A stretch of DNA of 64,000 nt. Source: Octopus sinensis. Taxonomy: Eukaryota. The DNA lies in contig NC_043005.1 of the NCBI RefSeq assembly GCF_006345805.1, forward strand, positions 87,482,001-87,546,000, given 5' to 3'. A program made the position numbers and the translations under genes. Positions 11,517 to 24,388 of the stretch are shown in pieces (position 1 is the stretch's first letter; every line of letters starts with the position of its first letter). The notes beneath the pieces are model-generated. The model did not search any database. It was given only the letters and a program-made list of their open reading frames with translations, and was not told the DNA's origin.

Positions 11517-14500
11517 TCCCTGTATGATACCTCGAGCTTCTTATGTCTCTTGTGATTTTCAATGAGTTTTAGCATCCAGTCGTTAGATGTTTCAAGATAC
11601 TTAACCAGTCCACTTGTGGTGGTTTTATAAGAGTGTTTAAATTGGATCAGGCCTCGATCTCCTTAGGTTCTGGGAAGGTAAAGACGATCTGGGTCTGCGT
11701 TTGGGAGGTGCATCTTATTGCAGGTCAGCTGTCCATCTTCCTTATTTCTCTCTTATTCCAGTTCAACACATTGAAATTGTAAATAACGACCGGAACTGCT
11801 AAGGAATTTATGGTTAACATCTTGTTACATGCATTTTGCTCGGATTTCAAGACTCTCCGAACTCTCATCTAACATTCCATTCTGATTTTTTATTTCATAC
11901 TTGTATGCTGAATGCCAGATCCCTCATTTATTCCGAGGTATTTGTAAGTTTGTTCCTGCTCAAGTTCATTTATAACTGTGTTAACATCTAACACCACTGA
12001 TGTTGAGGTCATCAATGTCCCTTTCTGGAAAGTGGCCTTGGCAATTTGGTCGACACAAAATTTTATCTCGATGTCATAACTGAATGGTTTCACTGTACGT
12101 AGCAAGCCTTCAAACTCATTACTTTCTATGCCATAAAGTTTTAAGTCATCCATACGAAATAGATGGCTTATATTTTGTTGTTAATTTTATACCCATACCA
12201 TGTTCTGTTAAGTTCACTTCTAAGGGGTATTAGCGTTATGCGAAAATTTAGAGATGAAAATGAGTCATCTTGGAAAATGTCACAGTTGATATTAATAGTG
12301 TTTCAAGTCAGTTCTCCATTGGAGTGATATAATTAGAGATTAGTCTTCCACAGTGACATGTGCTTCAGGAAGTTTGAACTGACAGGAGAAATTTTGGATT
12401 TTTGTTCAGTGGGAAAAATATCGTTCTGATCCATAAATACATGTTTTCTCCGCGAAGATGGATGTAGAACCTTTATACTTGGTAGATAAACAGTTTATGG
12501 GAAGATAGCTTTTGGGAAATTTGGTTTCATTATTCTTTGGAAGTAGGTAGTACGACTTGTTAACGAATCAGGTGTTCTCTTAGGATCTTTCATAGTTTCA
12601 TTGAATATCTGGACTTAATTATCGTGTGAGAAAGGGAGCGATGCGACCCAGAAATTTGGATCCCTATCTTTACCAGGGTATTTCAACTTATGATCCTTAG
12701 TGAATGTCATTCTTATGTCTGCTACTTTGATGTCTTCCCATGCTTGTTCTGGTAAATTTTGATAGGATCTTTCTGTGCTTCTAATACAACCTGCATTCCA
12801 TTCTGTGCCTTTTCACCACTCCAAATATTTTTCCAAAAGTTTGCAACTTCTTCCACAGGCGGGAGGTCTTTAACGGTTATTTTCTCCTTCTTTATTTCTT
12901 TGTAGAATGTTTTCGCATTGGATGCAAACAGTTTCATTTGGATGCAAACAGTTTAAATTGGATCAGGCCTCGATCTCCTTAGGTTCTGGGAAGGTAAAGA
13001 CGATCTGGGTCTGCGTTTGGGAGGTGCATCTTATTGCAGGTCAGCTGTCCATCTTCCTTATTTCTCTCTTATTCCAGTTCAACACATTGAAATTGTAAAT
13101 AACGACCGGAACTGCTAAGGAATTTATGGTTAACATCTTGTTACATGCATTTTGCTCGGATTTCAAGACTCTCCGAACTCTCATCTAACATTCCATTCTG
13201 ATTTTTTATTTCATACTTGTATGCTGAATGCCAGATCCCTCATTTATTCCGAGGTATTTGTAAGTTTGTTCCTGCTCAAGTTCATTTATAACTGTGTTAA
13301 CATCTAACACCACTGATGTTGAGGTCATCAATGTCCCTTTCTGGAAAGTGGCCTTGGCAATTTGGTCGACACAAAATTTTATCTCGATGTCATAACTGAA
13401 TGGTTTCACTGTACGTAGCAAGCCTTCAAACTCATTACTTTCTATGCCATAAAGTTTTAAGTCATCCATACGAAATAGATGGCTTATATTTTGTTGTTAA
13501 TTTTATACCCATACCATGTTCTGTTAAGTTCACTTCTAAGGGGTATTAGCGTTATGCGAAAATTTAGAGATGAAAATGAGTCATCTTGGAAAATGTCACA
13601 GTTGATATTAATAGTGTTTCAAGTCAGTTCTCCATTGGAGTGATATAATTAGAGATTAGTCTTCCACAGTGACATGTGCTTCAGGAAGTTTGAACTGACA
13701 GGAGAAATTTTGGATTTTTGTTCAGTGGGAAAAATATCGTTCTGATCCATAAATACATGTTTTCTCCGCGAAGATGGATGTAGAACCTTTATACTTGGTA
13801 GATAAACAGTTTATGGGAAGATAGCTTTTGGGAAATTTGGTTTCATTATTCTTTGGAAGTAGGTAGTACGACTTGTTAACGAATCAGTGTTCTCTTAGGA
13901 TCTTTCATAGTTTCATTGAATATCTGGACTTAATTATCGTGTGAGAAAGGGAGCGATGCGACCCAGAATTTGGATCCCTATCTTTACCAGGGTATTTCAA
14001 CTTATGATCCTTAGTGAATGTCATTCTTATGTCTGCTACTTTGATGTCTTCCCATGCTTGTTCTGGTAAATTTTGATAGGATCTTTCTGTGCTTCTAATA
14101 CAACCTGCATTCCATTCTGTGCCTTTTCACCACTCCAAATATTTTTCCAAAAGTTTGCAACTTCTTCCACAGGCGGGAGGTCTTTAACGGTTATTTTCTC
14201 CTTCTTTATTTCTTTGTAGAATGTTTTCGCATTGGATGCAAACAGTTTCATTTGCTTGTAAAACATGGTTCTCTTTGAGCATTTACTTAGACGTTTTGTT
14301 GCAGTTTCTTTTGCTGAAAGTTCTTGGTCAGAATTAATATTTTCTTTTCGTCTCTCTTCTACTCTGAATCTTAGATCGTGTCCACAAATTAGCTCATTTT
14401 AAATTGATATTTCACACCTCATTATTTCAATCTCTTTTTCAAATTTACTTCATCACTTTGGAATTCTTCTCGGGTTTGTTTTTCTTTGTCTTTTCGGAGA

Positions 14501-15350
14501 CATGCATCTGGTTTCGATTATTTTAGCAGCTGCGTAAATAGTTTGATCAGGTTTTATTAATAATACTTGTATTATTTATTGTGTTACATAACTGCCAATT
14601 TCATTTTTTTTGTTATTTTGGTTTGTATCTGACAGTTTATGAAGTGGTTCTCTATCATGAATATTGGCATGTCTTACAATTGCAAACTTATTCAGGATTT
14701 TTTGCTTCATTCCTATTAAACACTCTCTGTGTTCTTCAGTAAATGTTTGGTTTTCAAATACTATTTCGTTACTACTTTCCTGGCTATTTTAATCTGGCTC
14801 ATTACAATTTATTTCTTCAGACATTTGCGTGTTTTCGTCAGATGGCAATCTCTCAATTGAGACTTATGGACAGTTTCTCTCTCCGTCTCATTCTTCATTT
14901 CCTTTCTGTCATATATTTTGGTCATTTTCCGCTGCGTGCCTGATCGTGGTTATTTCCCTCTGCAAGTCTATTATTTCTAAAGATATCCCTCCTAACATTT
15001 GCTCACTGGTTTTCGTTTAAGCAGCGTCTGCTGTCTTGACTTCTTGTTCTCTATATCTGATAAGAGTGTACGGTGTCTCTCTCTTCAGATGGCCTACATA
15101 AGGTATATATCACCTCCTTTATTCCTACATTATTCGTACATTACTTCGTTATAACACTTCACGGATCGATTTCATTCCCTTACATTTTTCGTTCTGTGGT
15201 GGATGTGAAGGTGAACTTGGAGGCCTCAGTTTCTTTTCAAGTGACCAGCCAGGCTGCTATTTAGATAAGAGTTTGTGACAGTGAAAGAATACTCGACCCC
15301 AGGCTGACTCTCCCTTGGGGACGCGTATCCAGGTTAACCATAAGACAAGC
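11517..15350 (-). mobile_element. R4/Dong-clade non-LTR retrotransposon relic (N-terminus plus RT, RLE end missing) with internal 1.3 kb tandem duplication
   Basis: MDDLKLY RT motif, YKYLGINE, KLFASNAKTFYKE...VANFWKNIWS; many stops and frameshifts. Confidence 0.9.
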
Positions 15351-16147
15351 GATTTGGTGTATTCTCTTTTAATTTTCTTTTTTGTTTCTTAAGATATATT
15401 TTTGTGCTGCATTACGATTATTAGTTTCGATTCCTGTGTGACTGATGCAGAAACGGTTATTATTTCTAATATTATTGTCAACTCTGACATTATTAACGTT
15501 GTAATAACCACTACCATACCATTACAACAACAGCAGGCATCGATAGTTACCACCACTGCTTTCGCAGTCTCTATTTTATCGGCCACCCTTCGTAGCCATA
15601 GCAACACTATAGCCGTTATCATCGTTGTTATGAAGTGCTGCAGAATTAAGTTAAGTCAGCTTTGCTGCCACTACTGTGCAGTATTATTAAATGTTCAGTT
15701 TCGACTCTTGCTTTGTACTTGAGATAGTCATAAACACGCGAGGGTTGCTGTGGGGATAATAAGAGGAAGTGATGTAGCTTGGTGGACACAGAAGCAAACA
15801 CCACCAGTCTGTAAATAGGTTCGGGTGATACTGGCAAGATCATCAATGGAGCGGTCGCACTCCTGCACATTCAACAAAGGCGAGGTCTTAGTTGCGTGGT
15901 CATCCCCCACCGCGCAGTCAGCAGAGATCTACCACAACGACCAATGAGGACAGTGACCTTGGAGAGAACCGACTCAAGATATATATGCATACATGTATAT
16001 ATCAGACTCCGACTGAAGAAGTAATTGGCTGCACATGATCCGCGTATCTTGTCTTGTCCATTTTGCCGTGGTCCTACTATCGTCCTTTATACCGCATGTT
16101 GTATTTCGACGGTTTACGTTTGTTGTGTTCTTTCTGTTCTATCTTTG

Positions 16148-16203
<56 letters not shown>

Positions 16204-16384
16204 TATATATATATATTCACGGGAATGTGAAAGTCTGAGTAGCAAGCAGTTTTTGTTTTTATATTTTTATGATGTTTTTGTAACTTAATTAATTAGGCAT
16301 ATTACTCGACCTCCGGTAATTGAGTAATGTTTTTCCACCTTGTTTCACATTTATGTGCTTACTCGCGTGTGTGTGTGAGTGTGT

Positions 16385-16454
<70 letters not shown>

Positions 16455-16455
<1 letters not shown>

Positions 16456-16750
16456 GAAGGAAGTTGCTGTATACAGTACTCAGGTGCCCTACAACTATAA
16501 AATAGAAGTCCATCAGGAATACCGTTGGCGGATTTCAGGAAGCATGGAAGTTTTGAAGGACGTAGTGACTTGATAGCTAACGCCTGATGCAGGTAGTTTA
16601 TTCCATGCTTCAGCAATTCTGAGCATGAAAAAATGTTTCTGAAAGTCATGGGTGCTGTGATGTTTTTTGATTATTTTGTAAGTATGTTCACCTGTGTTTG
16701 TCATATGGAGTTCAAACGCATAGAGTTGGGCATCAGCTTTCGATAACAAG
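16455..16750 (-). mobile_element. CR1-like LINE 3' end
   Basis: NTGEHTYKI...QKHFFMLRIAEAWNKLPASGV...SFK matches the CR1 C-terminal RGH..K...FF..RV...WN.LP...V...FK pattern. Confidence 0.8.
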
Positions 16751-17019
16751 GCTCATGCATATACACACAAACTTATACGGGATTAAGACTAGCTGCATAC
16801 GTAATACACCTACTGAGTGCATTGGACAGCACTGATATAAGGGCATGATGTTATGCCCTTTCACACAGACAAATGGTTATTGTTGCTACTATGTTAAAAT
16901 GTCGTATGTCCAAATTAGGCGAAATGCGTTTTTCTCAATATTCACCTTTGCTTGCAATAGCCGGTTCTTTTGGCTAGATTATCGTACCTCCAGCTGCTTT
17001 AGATGCCAAGGTATCAAAA

Positions 17020-18223
17020 ACTGAAATTTAATCATCAATGTACTTTCGCTGATTATCTATGACTTTCTTCCATCTATTTACAAGCTTTTTAATCCCGTCA
17101 ATGTAGAATTATTTTGGTTTGAAAGTAAAGGACTCTGAAATATCAGTTTCGGCTTCCTCCCGGCCTGCGAAACTTCTGTCCTCCAAATTATTCTGTAACA
17201 AATGGTAGTCTGAAGGAGCAAGGTCGGGAGAATAAGGTGGATAAGAAATTTGTTCTCAACCAAGCTCTCCGATCTTCTGTGATGTGATCTTTGCAGTGTG
17301 GGGTCGCGCATTTTCCTGATAAAACATCACTCCTTTTCGATTCATTGAAGCGGGTCTTTTTGTTTTCAAAGCTTGGTTCAAACGCTGTAATTCCTGAGAG
17401 AAGGCTTGAGCATTGGTTGCTGCATTAGTTGGTAACAATTCAAAGTGAATTACTCCTTTGCAATCTCACCAGATAGAGAGAAGACTCTTTTTCCCATGAA
17501 GTTCCCTTCTCGGTTGTGGTTGAGCTTTTTCCCAAGCCACTGTTTACGAAGTTTAACATTTCGATAGAAGATCCATTTTTCGTCACCAGCCATAATTCTA
17601 TCCATAAAGGGTGAACTGAGTTCGCGAGAATGGAGAGAAGATGTCAACTTGGGATTTTCGGTTGCATTCGGACAATTCATGATGCACCCATTTTCCAAGT
17701 TTAGGAAACTTTCCAAGTTGTTAAAGACGACGATGAACAGTTGTATGGTTTGAACTAAGCTTTATTGCCAATTCTTCAACCGATAATGCCGGGTTTCTTC
17801 AAGTAATGCCTCAAGGAGCTTATCATCAAACACAACTGGACGTCCTGTTCAATCTTCATCTTGAAGGCTGAAATCTCCATTTCTGAATTTTGCAAGCCAC
17901 CTTCTGCAAGTTCTTTCATTCAAGCATTCTTTCCCATAAACTAAGTGTATGTTGCGAGTCGCTTCGGCTGCAGAGTTTCCTTTTTTGTACTCATAAAAGC
18001 ATTATGTGCCTTAAATGCTCTTTGGATACTTCCATGTTAGGAAGGGTTTTAATCAAAGAAATTTTAATTCTATTATTCTGTAAAATAATGTTTAATTAGT
18101 TTAAATATGCACAAAGGCATAAAAATATTTTTTATTCCATTAGACATTCTAAAGTATTATTAAATTTCATTCAATTTTTAAAAAAAAGGTAAAATTGGAC
18201 AGAAGTTATGGGATGACCTCATA
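17020..18223 (-). mobile_element. Mariner (DD34D) element with disrupted transposase (about 18035-17028); one TIR retained
   Basis: AGDEKW, QENARPHT and YSPDLAPSDY-type motifs, N-terminal HTH MEVSKEHLRHIM; TIR tgaggtcatcccataacttctgtcc with TA at 18222-18223. Confidence 0.92.
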
Positions 18224-18297
18224 TATTATAATTAGGGGCGCTGGAATGCTAACGCCTATATGCTAGAAGTAGATGTCAAATACCTACAATCTACTTA

Positions 18298-18510
18298 TAA
18301 GGCGATGAGCTGGCAGAAACGTTAGCATACCGGGCGAAATGCTTAACAGTATTTCGTTTGTCTTTATGCTCTGAGTTCAAATTCCGTCGAGGTCGACTTT
18401 GCCTTTCATGATTCGATAAATTAAGTACCAGTCGCGTACAGGGGTCGATCTAATCGACTGGTCCCCTCTCCAAAAATTTCGGGCCCCGTGCCTAGAGTAG
18501 AAACGAAATC
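18298..18510 (+). mobile_element. OR1-like SINE
   Basis: Head ggcgatgagctggcagaaacg through tail aaaatttcgggccccgtgcctagagtagaaa. Confidence 0.88.
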
Positions 18511-18708
18511 CCTACAATCAACTCTAATTTTGTTCTCTATAACCCCAGGTAATGAGCAAGAAGATTTACAAAATGTTGGATAATCATATATCTTATCTGT
18601 AGTAAAGATTACTTTGCAATTCTGAGGAGACAAAATATATAAGCGAAAAATACATACGTACATATACCGATAAATTTAATCGTACACATACCAATACGTT
18701 AGCCACTG

Positions 18709-18941
18709 GTGCTTAATTATTGCGGTTTTTTTGTTTTTCAACAAAATATATTCAGCAAAAATAATAACAACATTTAACAAAAACATCTGACCGTCTGCCA
18801 AGCAAATGGGAAGCAATAATTGAAGTTGGTGGTGAATATGCTCTGGAATAATCATTTAAAGATGTTTTTGTTACATGTTATTGATTTTCTTTAATAAAAT
18901 TTGTTGTAAAAAAGGCGGAAAAATTATGCATCAACCCAATA
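18709..18941 (+). mobile_element. Short non-autonomous mariner derivative
   Basis: Right TIR gcggaaaaattatgcatcaacccaata, partial left TIR taattattgcggtttt, internal transposase 3'-end-like sequence. Confidence 0.7.
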
Positions 18942-19449
18942 TTTATGTGTGCACTCCTGGTGTATAACCTTACTATGTATAGACCTAGCTAAAAGGTATA
19001 CAGTAGTAGGTAATTTAAAGGTAAAACCGTGGTTTAATATATATAGTTAAGAAAAAAATAAAAATGGAACAATAATTAACAATGAGAAGTAGTTCGTTGG
19101 TAACAAAAGGTCTGTAACAAGATGAGAGTTTCAGGAGCACTTGAGGGGTGTCTGGTCTAATCTTGTCACATACAAGTCGAAGAAAAGGAACCAAAACAAT
19201 AAATAGTACTTTATTCTTCGGGTTCACAGGTAAAATATATACATATATATTTCTTAAGGGCGAACCGGCAGCCAACTGCTGTACACAAATGTTCACTCGG
19301 GTGAGCCAAGGAGATACGGTCTCCGTTCCCGCCTCGAAGAGAGCTTCTCTATGCGTAGGATTTTCCGTGAGAGAAGTTTTAGTCACGTCCGCTCCTTAGG
19401 GCTTCTCTTCCAAAAAGACAGATTTAGCGGAGATGCTTTCAGGTTGCAG

Positions 19450-19530
19450 GTCCTGCGCATGCGTATGAGGGAACTTCCGGCGGCCTACCGGTAGTAATCC
19501 AATTCTGTGCATGCGCGCTGAAACTCCCAC
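19450..19530. promoter_or_regulatory. Promoter-like motif cluster (NRF1-like x2, ETS)
   Basis: TGCGCATGCG 19454-19463, ACTTCCGG 19473-19480, TGCATGCGC 19508-19516 in a CpG-rich unique block. Confidence 0.5.
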
Positions 19531-20586
19531 AGTAGCGTCAATATATAGGTCATTCTTTAATTGTAATTATATTATATCATATTATATTATATTATATTAT
19601 ATCATATTATGTTATATTATATTATATTATATTATATTATATTATATTATATTATATTATATCATATTATATTATACTATATTATGTTATATTGTATATT
19701 ATATTATATTATATACGCACATGCTGATATTCATACACATCTATGTATTCATGGAGAAGCACAAACACTCATAGACAATCACATGTATATGTTTTTATTG
19801 AGAGTTTTATTGTTTCCCTGCTCCAAAGCAGACATGTTTTCATTTGTTTGTTTTCGTTTTCACTTGCGCTGCAGTCTTTTCATTATATAGTCACCGACTG
19901 AATGGCGTATATAATACAAAATAGAAAATGGCGCACACATATCACACTTCATTATAACAATGTATGATAATTTCTATGTTAAAATTTCACCATGGCTGTC
20001 TGCTCCGAAAGACTTTGAAGCATTCAAAGATCAAAGGAAGAAGAGCATTTTCTATTGTAGTTGGCGTTTCACAGTTGACCACTGTTTCATTGTTAAAGAA
20101 TATTTTTGTAGATGTGATGTAAGTGAAAATTTTTTTATAAAAAATTATTTGATTGATGCGCTTTTGTGTTTCCATATTTATCTCTGCGTCTGATATGCGT
20201 TAATATGTACGTTCATCAATATGTTTCATGAGCTTCTGTGTGGGCGTTAGCGTATCAATACTGAAGAGATCTTCCTGCGTATTTATATGTATCTAGGCTT
20301 TTATACGCTTATATGAATGTATCGAATTATATATGCTTCCGTTTGCGACTTATTTATAACCCCTTGTATGTATCTGTGTGTAGGTATATGCAGGTGTCTG
20401 TACGTGTACGTGTGAGTGAGTGTCAGTGTTTGTATATATACCTGGAGACACACTCACACACATGCACACATGCACATATGCACACATGCACATATGCACA
20501 CACGCATATATGCACACATACACAACACTCAGACATGTACATACATACATATTTCTATATACATACATATATATATATATATACAC

Positions 20587-20798
20587 TTTTACTCTTTTAT
20601 TTGCTTCAGTCATTTGATTGCTGCCATGCTGGGGCACCGCTTTAGTCGAGCAAATGGACCTCAGGACTCATTCTGTATAAGCCTAGTGCTTACTCTATTG
20701 GGTACTTTGCCGAGCCGCTAAGATACGGGGACGTAAACAAACCAGCAGTCAAGCGATGTTGGGAGGACAATCACAGACACACAAACATACACACACAT

Positions 20799-20883
<85 letters not shown>

Positions 20884-21046
20884 CGCTGGGCTTCTTTCAG
20901 TTTCCGTCTACCAAATCCACTCACAAGGCTTTGGTCAGCCGGAGGCTATAGTAGAAGACTCTTGCCCAAGGTGTCACTCAGTGGGACTGAACCCAGAACG
21001 ATGTGGTTGGTAAGTAAGCTGCTTACCACAGAACCACTCCTGTCGC
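20587..21046 (-). mobile_element. Full-length OR2-like CORE SINE with internal (CA)n(TA)n
   Basis: Colinear with 59745-60162. Confidence 0.92.
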
Positions 21047-21213
21047 TATATATATATATATATATATATAAACCACTCCTGTCGCTATATATATATATAT
21101 ATATGTATATGGATATATAAACATGTATATATACATATACATATATATATGCGCATAAATGTATGCGTATATAATATGTGTATACACACACATGTGCTTG
21201 CAAGAATTATGCT

Positions 21214-21293
<80 letters not shown>

Positions 21294-21426
21294 GTGCTTA
21301 TACGTAATGTGTGTGAAATTTGTTCATGGATGTGGATGTCTCTATATCTATATGGGTGTGTGCGAGTGTAATTATGTGTACGCATCTGTATGTTGTTTGT
21401 GTGCGTGTTTGGGTGTATGTATGTAA

Positions 21427-21462
<36 letters not shown>

Positions 21463-22244
21463 GCATAGCAGCATATTTCAGTTGAATCATTTGAAATAAT
21501 TCAGTTACGTACAATACTATAAGAGTTAGCTTCGTACACCAGAGCGCATTTACTGAAATGATTCTTCTTCCATAACCATAAACATCCAGTGTGTATAACA
21601 ATAAAATATCACAGACTAACGATTATGTGACGACAGTAGTAATGGTGGAAAGCTTATATTCGTAACATTAAAGCAAGAATTTGATTTATATATCCCGACA
21701 TATCTGATGTATTTTTCTTTTATTCCTCGCGACAAACGGATACGTAAAATGTAATATTAATGATTAGCATCGTAAATCTTACTAAATTTCACTAAAACCT
21801 AATGTATAGAAAATTTCATACTCTTCCAGTTTGATATCGTTTTTGTATCAAGATTTCTTTGTTATATGCATAGATTCTTCGTTGCATTTTGTCACGTTTC
21901 AAAAGAGAATATCTAAGATATTATTTCCAAGCCAAAGTTCAAACTGTAATTTCTTTTTTTTCTCTAAAATTGTAATCCAATTCTTCATAAAGATACAATA
22001 AGAATCGGCGATATATAATTTTTTTTATTTTACACCATTAAACATGGTTAAGCAGACGACAAGTGAGTTTCATTAGCATAACACTCATCGGATTCACATA
22101 CGTAGACGCGCAACGACGCGCGAACCTACAAACAAATCAAACAAACACATATATATGCAGACAGTTGTGTGTGTGTGTGTGTGTGTGTGCGTGTGTGTGT
22201 CTGAGTGTGCGCGTGTGCAAGTAATCGTATTTGTGCCTGCTTTA

Positions 22245-22675
22245 GGAGCCAATTCTGTAGGTTATCACTCCTCTTTAAACGCTTTGCAACGTATGTTTTT
22301 GAAAATAGTGTTTCTTTTTTATTGCAGCCATGCCGTGAAATCCGACTTTGTGCATATCTCGGTGAACCATTTTTGTGGAAACTGGATTCTCGAAGTGGTC
22401 ATTAAGGTAGGCAGAAATTCTGGGAGCTGTACTTTTGTGATCCTTTGTAACAATTCGCGTAAGAGTCTGACGATCCCCATCTAAAAGTTTTGGTTTTCTT
22501 CAGGTATTTTCTTTTAACAAGCAGGTTTTTTCCTCTTTCTCAAAGGCTGCCATTACTTTCGAGACAGTACTTCTTGATATACCAAACATTTCGGCTGTTT
22601 CATTACGCTAGCGCCTGCCATACGAGCACCAACAATTTTACCTCTTTGAAAGTCCGATAAATCTGTCATTTTCAT
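22245..22675 (-). mobile_element. Tc1-like transposase N-terminal relic
   Basis: Frameshifted MTDLSDFQRGKIVGARMAG...RDRQTLTRIVTKDHKSTAPRISAYLNDHFENPVSTKMVHRDMHKVGFHG (paired HTH/Tc3-type domain). Confidence 0.85.
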
Positions 22676-22894
22676 GAGTTTTAATTACCTATTTCTGGTG
22701 ATATCTGAAAAGAAACAGCAATTTTAGCAAAAGATATTAAGCATCACTAATAATAAATCAAAATATATGGAAATAAAAAAAAAGCTTTTGAGGGTTTTAT
22801 AGACATTTCAGTATTATGATGCTTTGATTCTAGGTGCTTCCTTTACACCTTCGTTTCTTATTTATATTTATATATACATATTGTGTATATATTT

Positions 22895-23100
22895 TCTTTT
22901 ACTTGTTTCAGGTATTTGACTGCGGCCATGCTAGAGCGCAGCCTTTAGTCGAACAATTCGACCCCAGGACTAATTCTTTGTAAACCTAGTACTTATTCTA
23001 TTCGTCTCTTGTGCCGAAACGCTAAGTTACGGGGACATAAACACAACAACATCGGTTGTCAAGTGATGGTGGGGGTCAAACACAGATACACAAATACACA
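22895..23100 (-). mobile_element. OR2-like SINE 3' half
   Basis: tttgactgcggccatgctagagc...aagttacggggacataaacac. Confidence 0.85.
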
Positions 23101-23351
23101 CACACACACACACATATATATATACATATATATATGTGTATGTGTGTGTACAATAATAAATATCTGAACGAGGTATAAACAGTAGCTGCACGACAATGTG
23201 AAGTATATTTACCACTTAAATGTGGCTAACCACTAATGCTGCTGTAGGTTGTACCCCCATGAGAACACCTTTTCCAGCTCGCTATTGACATACTTTCTGT
23301 GCCCTATCAGTATTTGTGGAGGGAAGCCATCCTTCGCATCGTCGACCTGAC

Positions 23352-23410
23352 GTGATACGCACGGACCCGGGTTTCTGGATATTTAACCGTCGTCAGCGCA
23401 CGACAATCAC
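23352..23410 (-). ncRNA. Type I hammerhead ribozyme candidate with intact core
   Basis: CUGACGA (23396-23390), GAAA (23375-23372), GUC triplet, palindromic stem III ACCCGGGU, stem I 6+5 bp; weak stem II. Confidence 0.7.
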
Positions 23411-23545
23411 CGGTCTTCGATGCGAAGGGGTCCCAATACAAATACATATATCCTTTTCCCAGCTACATTTTTTGTGTGTTCTCATATAAGTGGCACACGC
23501 GCACACACACTCTCTCTCTTTCTTTCTCTCTCTCGCACACATACA

Positions 23546-23580
<35 letters not shown>

Positions 23581-23921
23581 ACACATACATGTCCATTTCA
23601 TATATACGTTCATACATCCTTCATTATCTCCTCTCTTTCACTTTAAAACAGAAGTCACAGGTGATGTTGAGGATAAATTTTTTTTAAAAAGCTTCTACAC
23701 ATGTAAATTGATTATTATTGTTTGGATAGTTCCAATTTAATAAGTCCAGAAATAAGGTTAAATATATATACATGCATAAGTACCATGAATTTCCATTCTA
23801 CAAAATGGCAAGCAGTTCCGTGAATTCTTTACCGTGCAACGCTGGGTAGAAAGTCTTGTATATATATATAACATCCTGGAAAGTTAGAGAGGGCAAGTAT
23901 TTCCAGTAGAGAACTCGACAT

Positions 23922-24150
23922 ATATTTCTTTATTACCCACAAGGGGCTAAACATAGAGGGGACAAACAAGGACAGACATAGGTATTAAGTCGATTAAATC
24001 AACTCCAGTGCGTAACTGGTACTTAATTTATCGACTCCGAAAGGATGAAAGGCAAAGTCGACCTCGGCGGAATTTGAACTCACAACGTAACGCAGACGAA
24101 ATACCGCTAAGCATTTCGCCCGGCGCGCTAACGAGTCTGCCAGCTCGTCG
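23922..24150 (-). mobile_element. Full-length OR1-like SINE
   Basis: Reverse complement of the 4460-4690 family. Confidence 0.92.
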
Positions 24151-24337
24151 ACTTTAGTTGAGAGCTTTCGGCCGTCTACACTGTCGAGTTATAATCTTAA
24201 GTAAAACATTTGTGTAGGTTTAGTGAAGAGAAAAATATCCAAATAGGTAAAACATAATCCTTTGATGTACCATTTGAACGTCTATGTGTCTGCGTCCGTG
24301 TGTGAATGTCTGTGTGTGGATATCTATGAATGGACGG

Positions 24338-24388
<51 letters not shown>

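Noticed and set aside
16005-16055. CTGAAGA...CGCGTA as a minimal hammerhead
   Set aside because: GAAA is absent and there is no stem II
22055-22098. Minus-strand CCGATGA...GAAA-C...GTC
   Set aside because: Core spacing is suggestive but stems I and II do not pair convincingly
23310-23445. HDV-like ribozyme reading of the plus strand (CAAT before ACAAATAC)
   Set aside because: No room for P3/L3/P1 between the putative P2 and P4; a simple rod with a minus-strand hammerhead fits better
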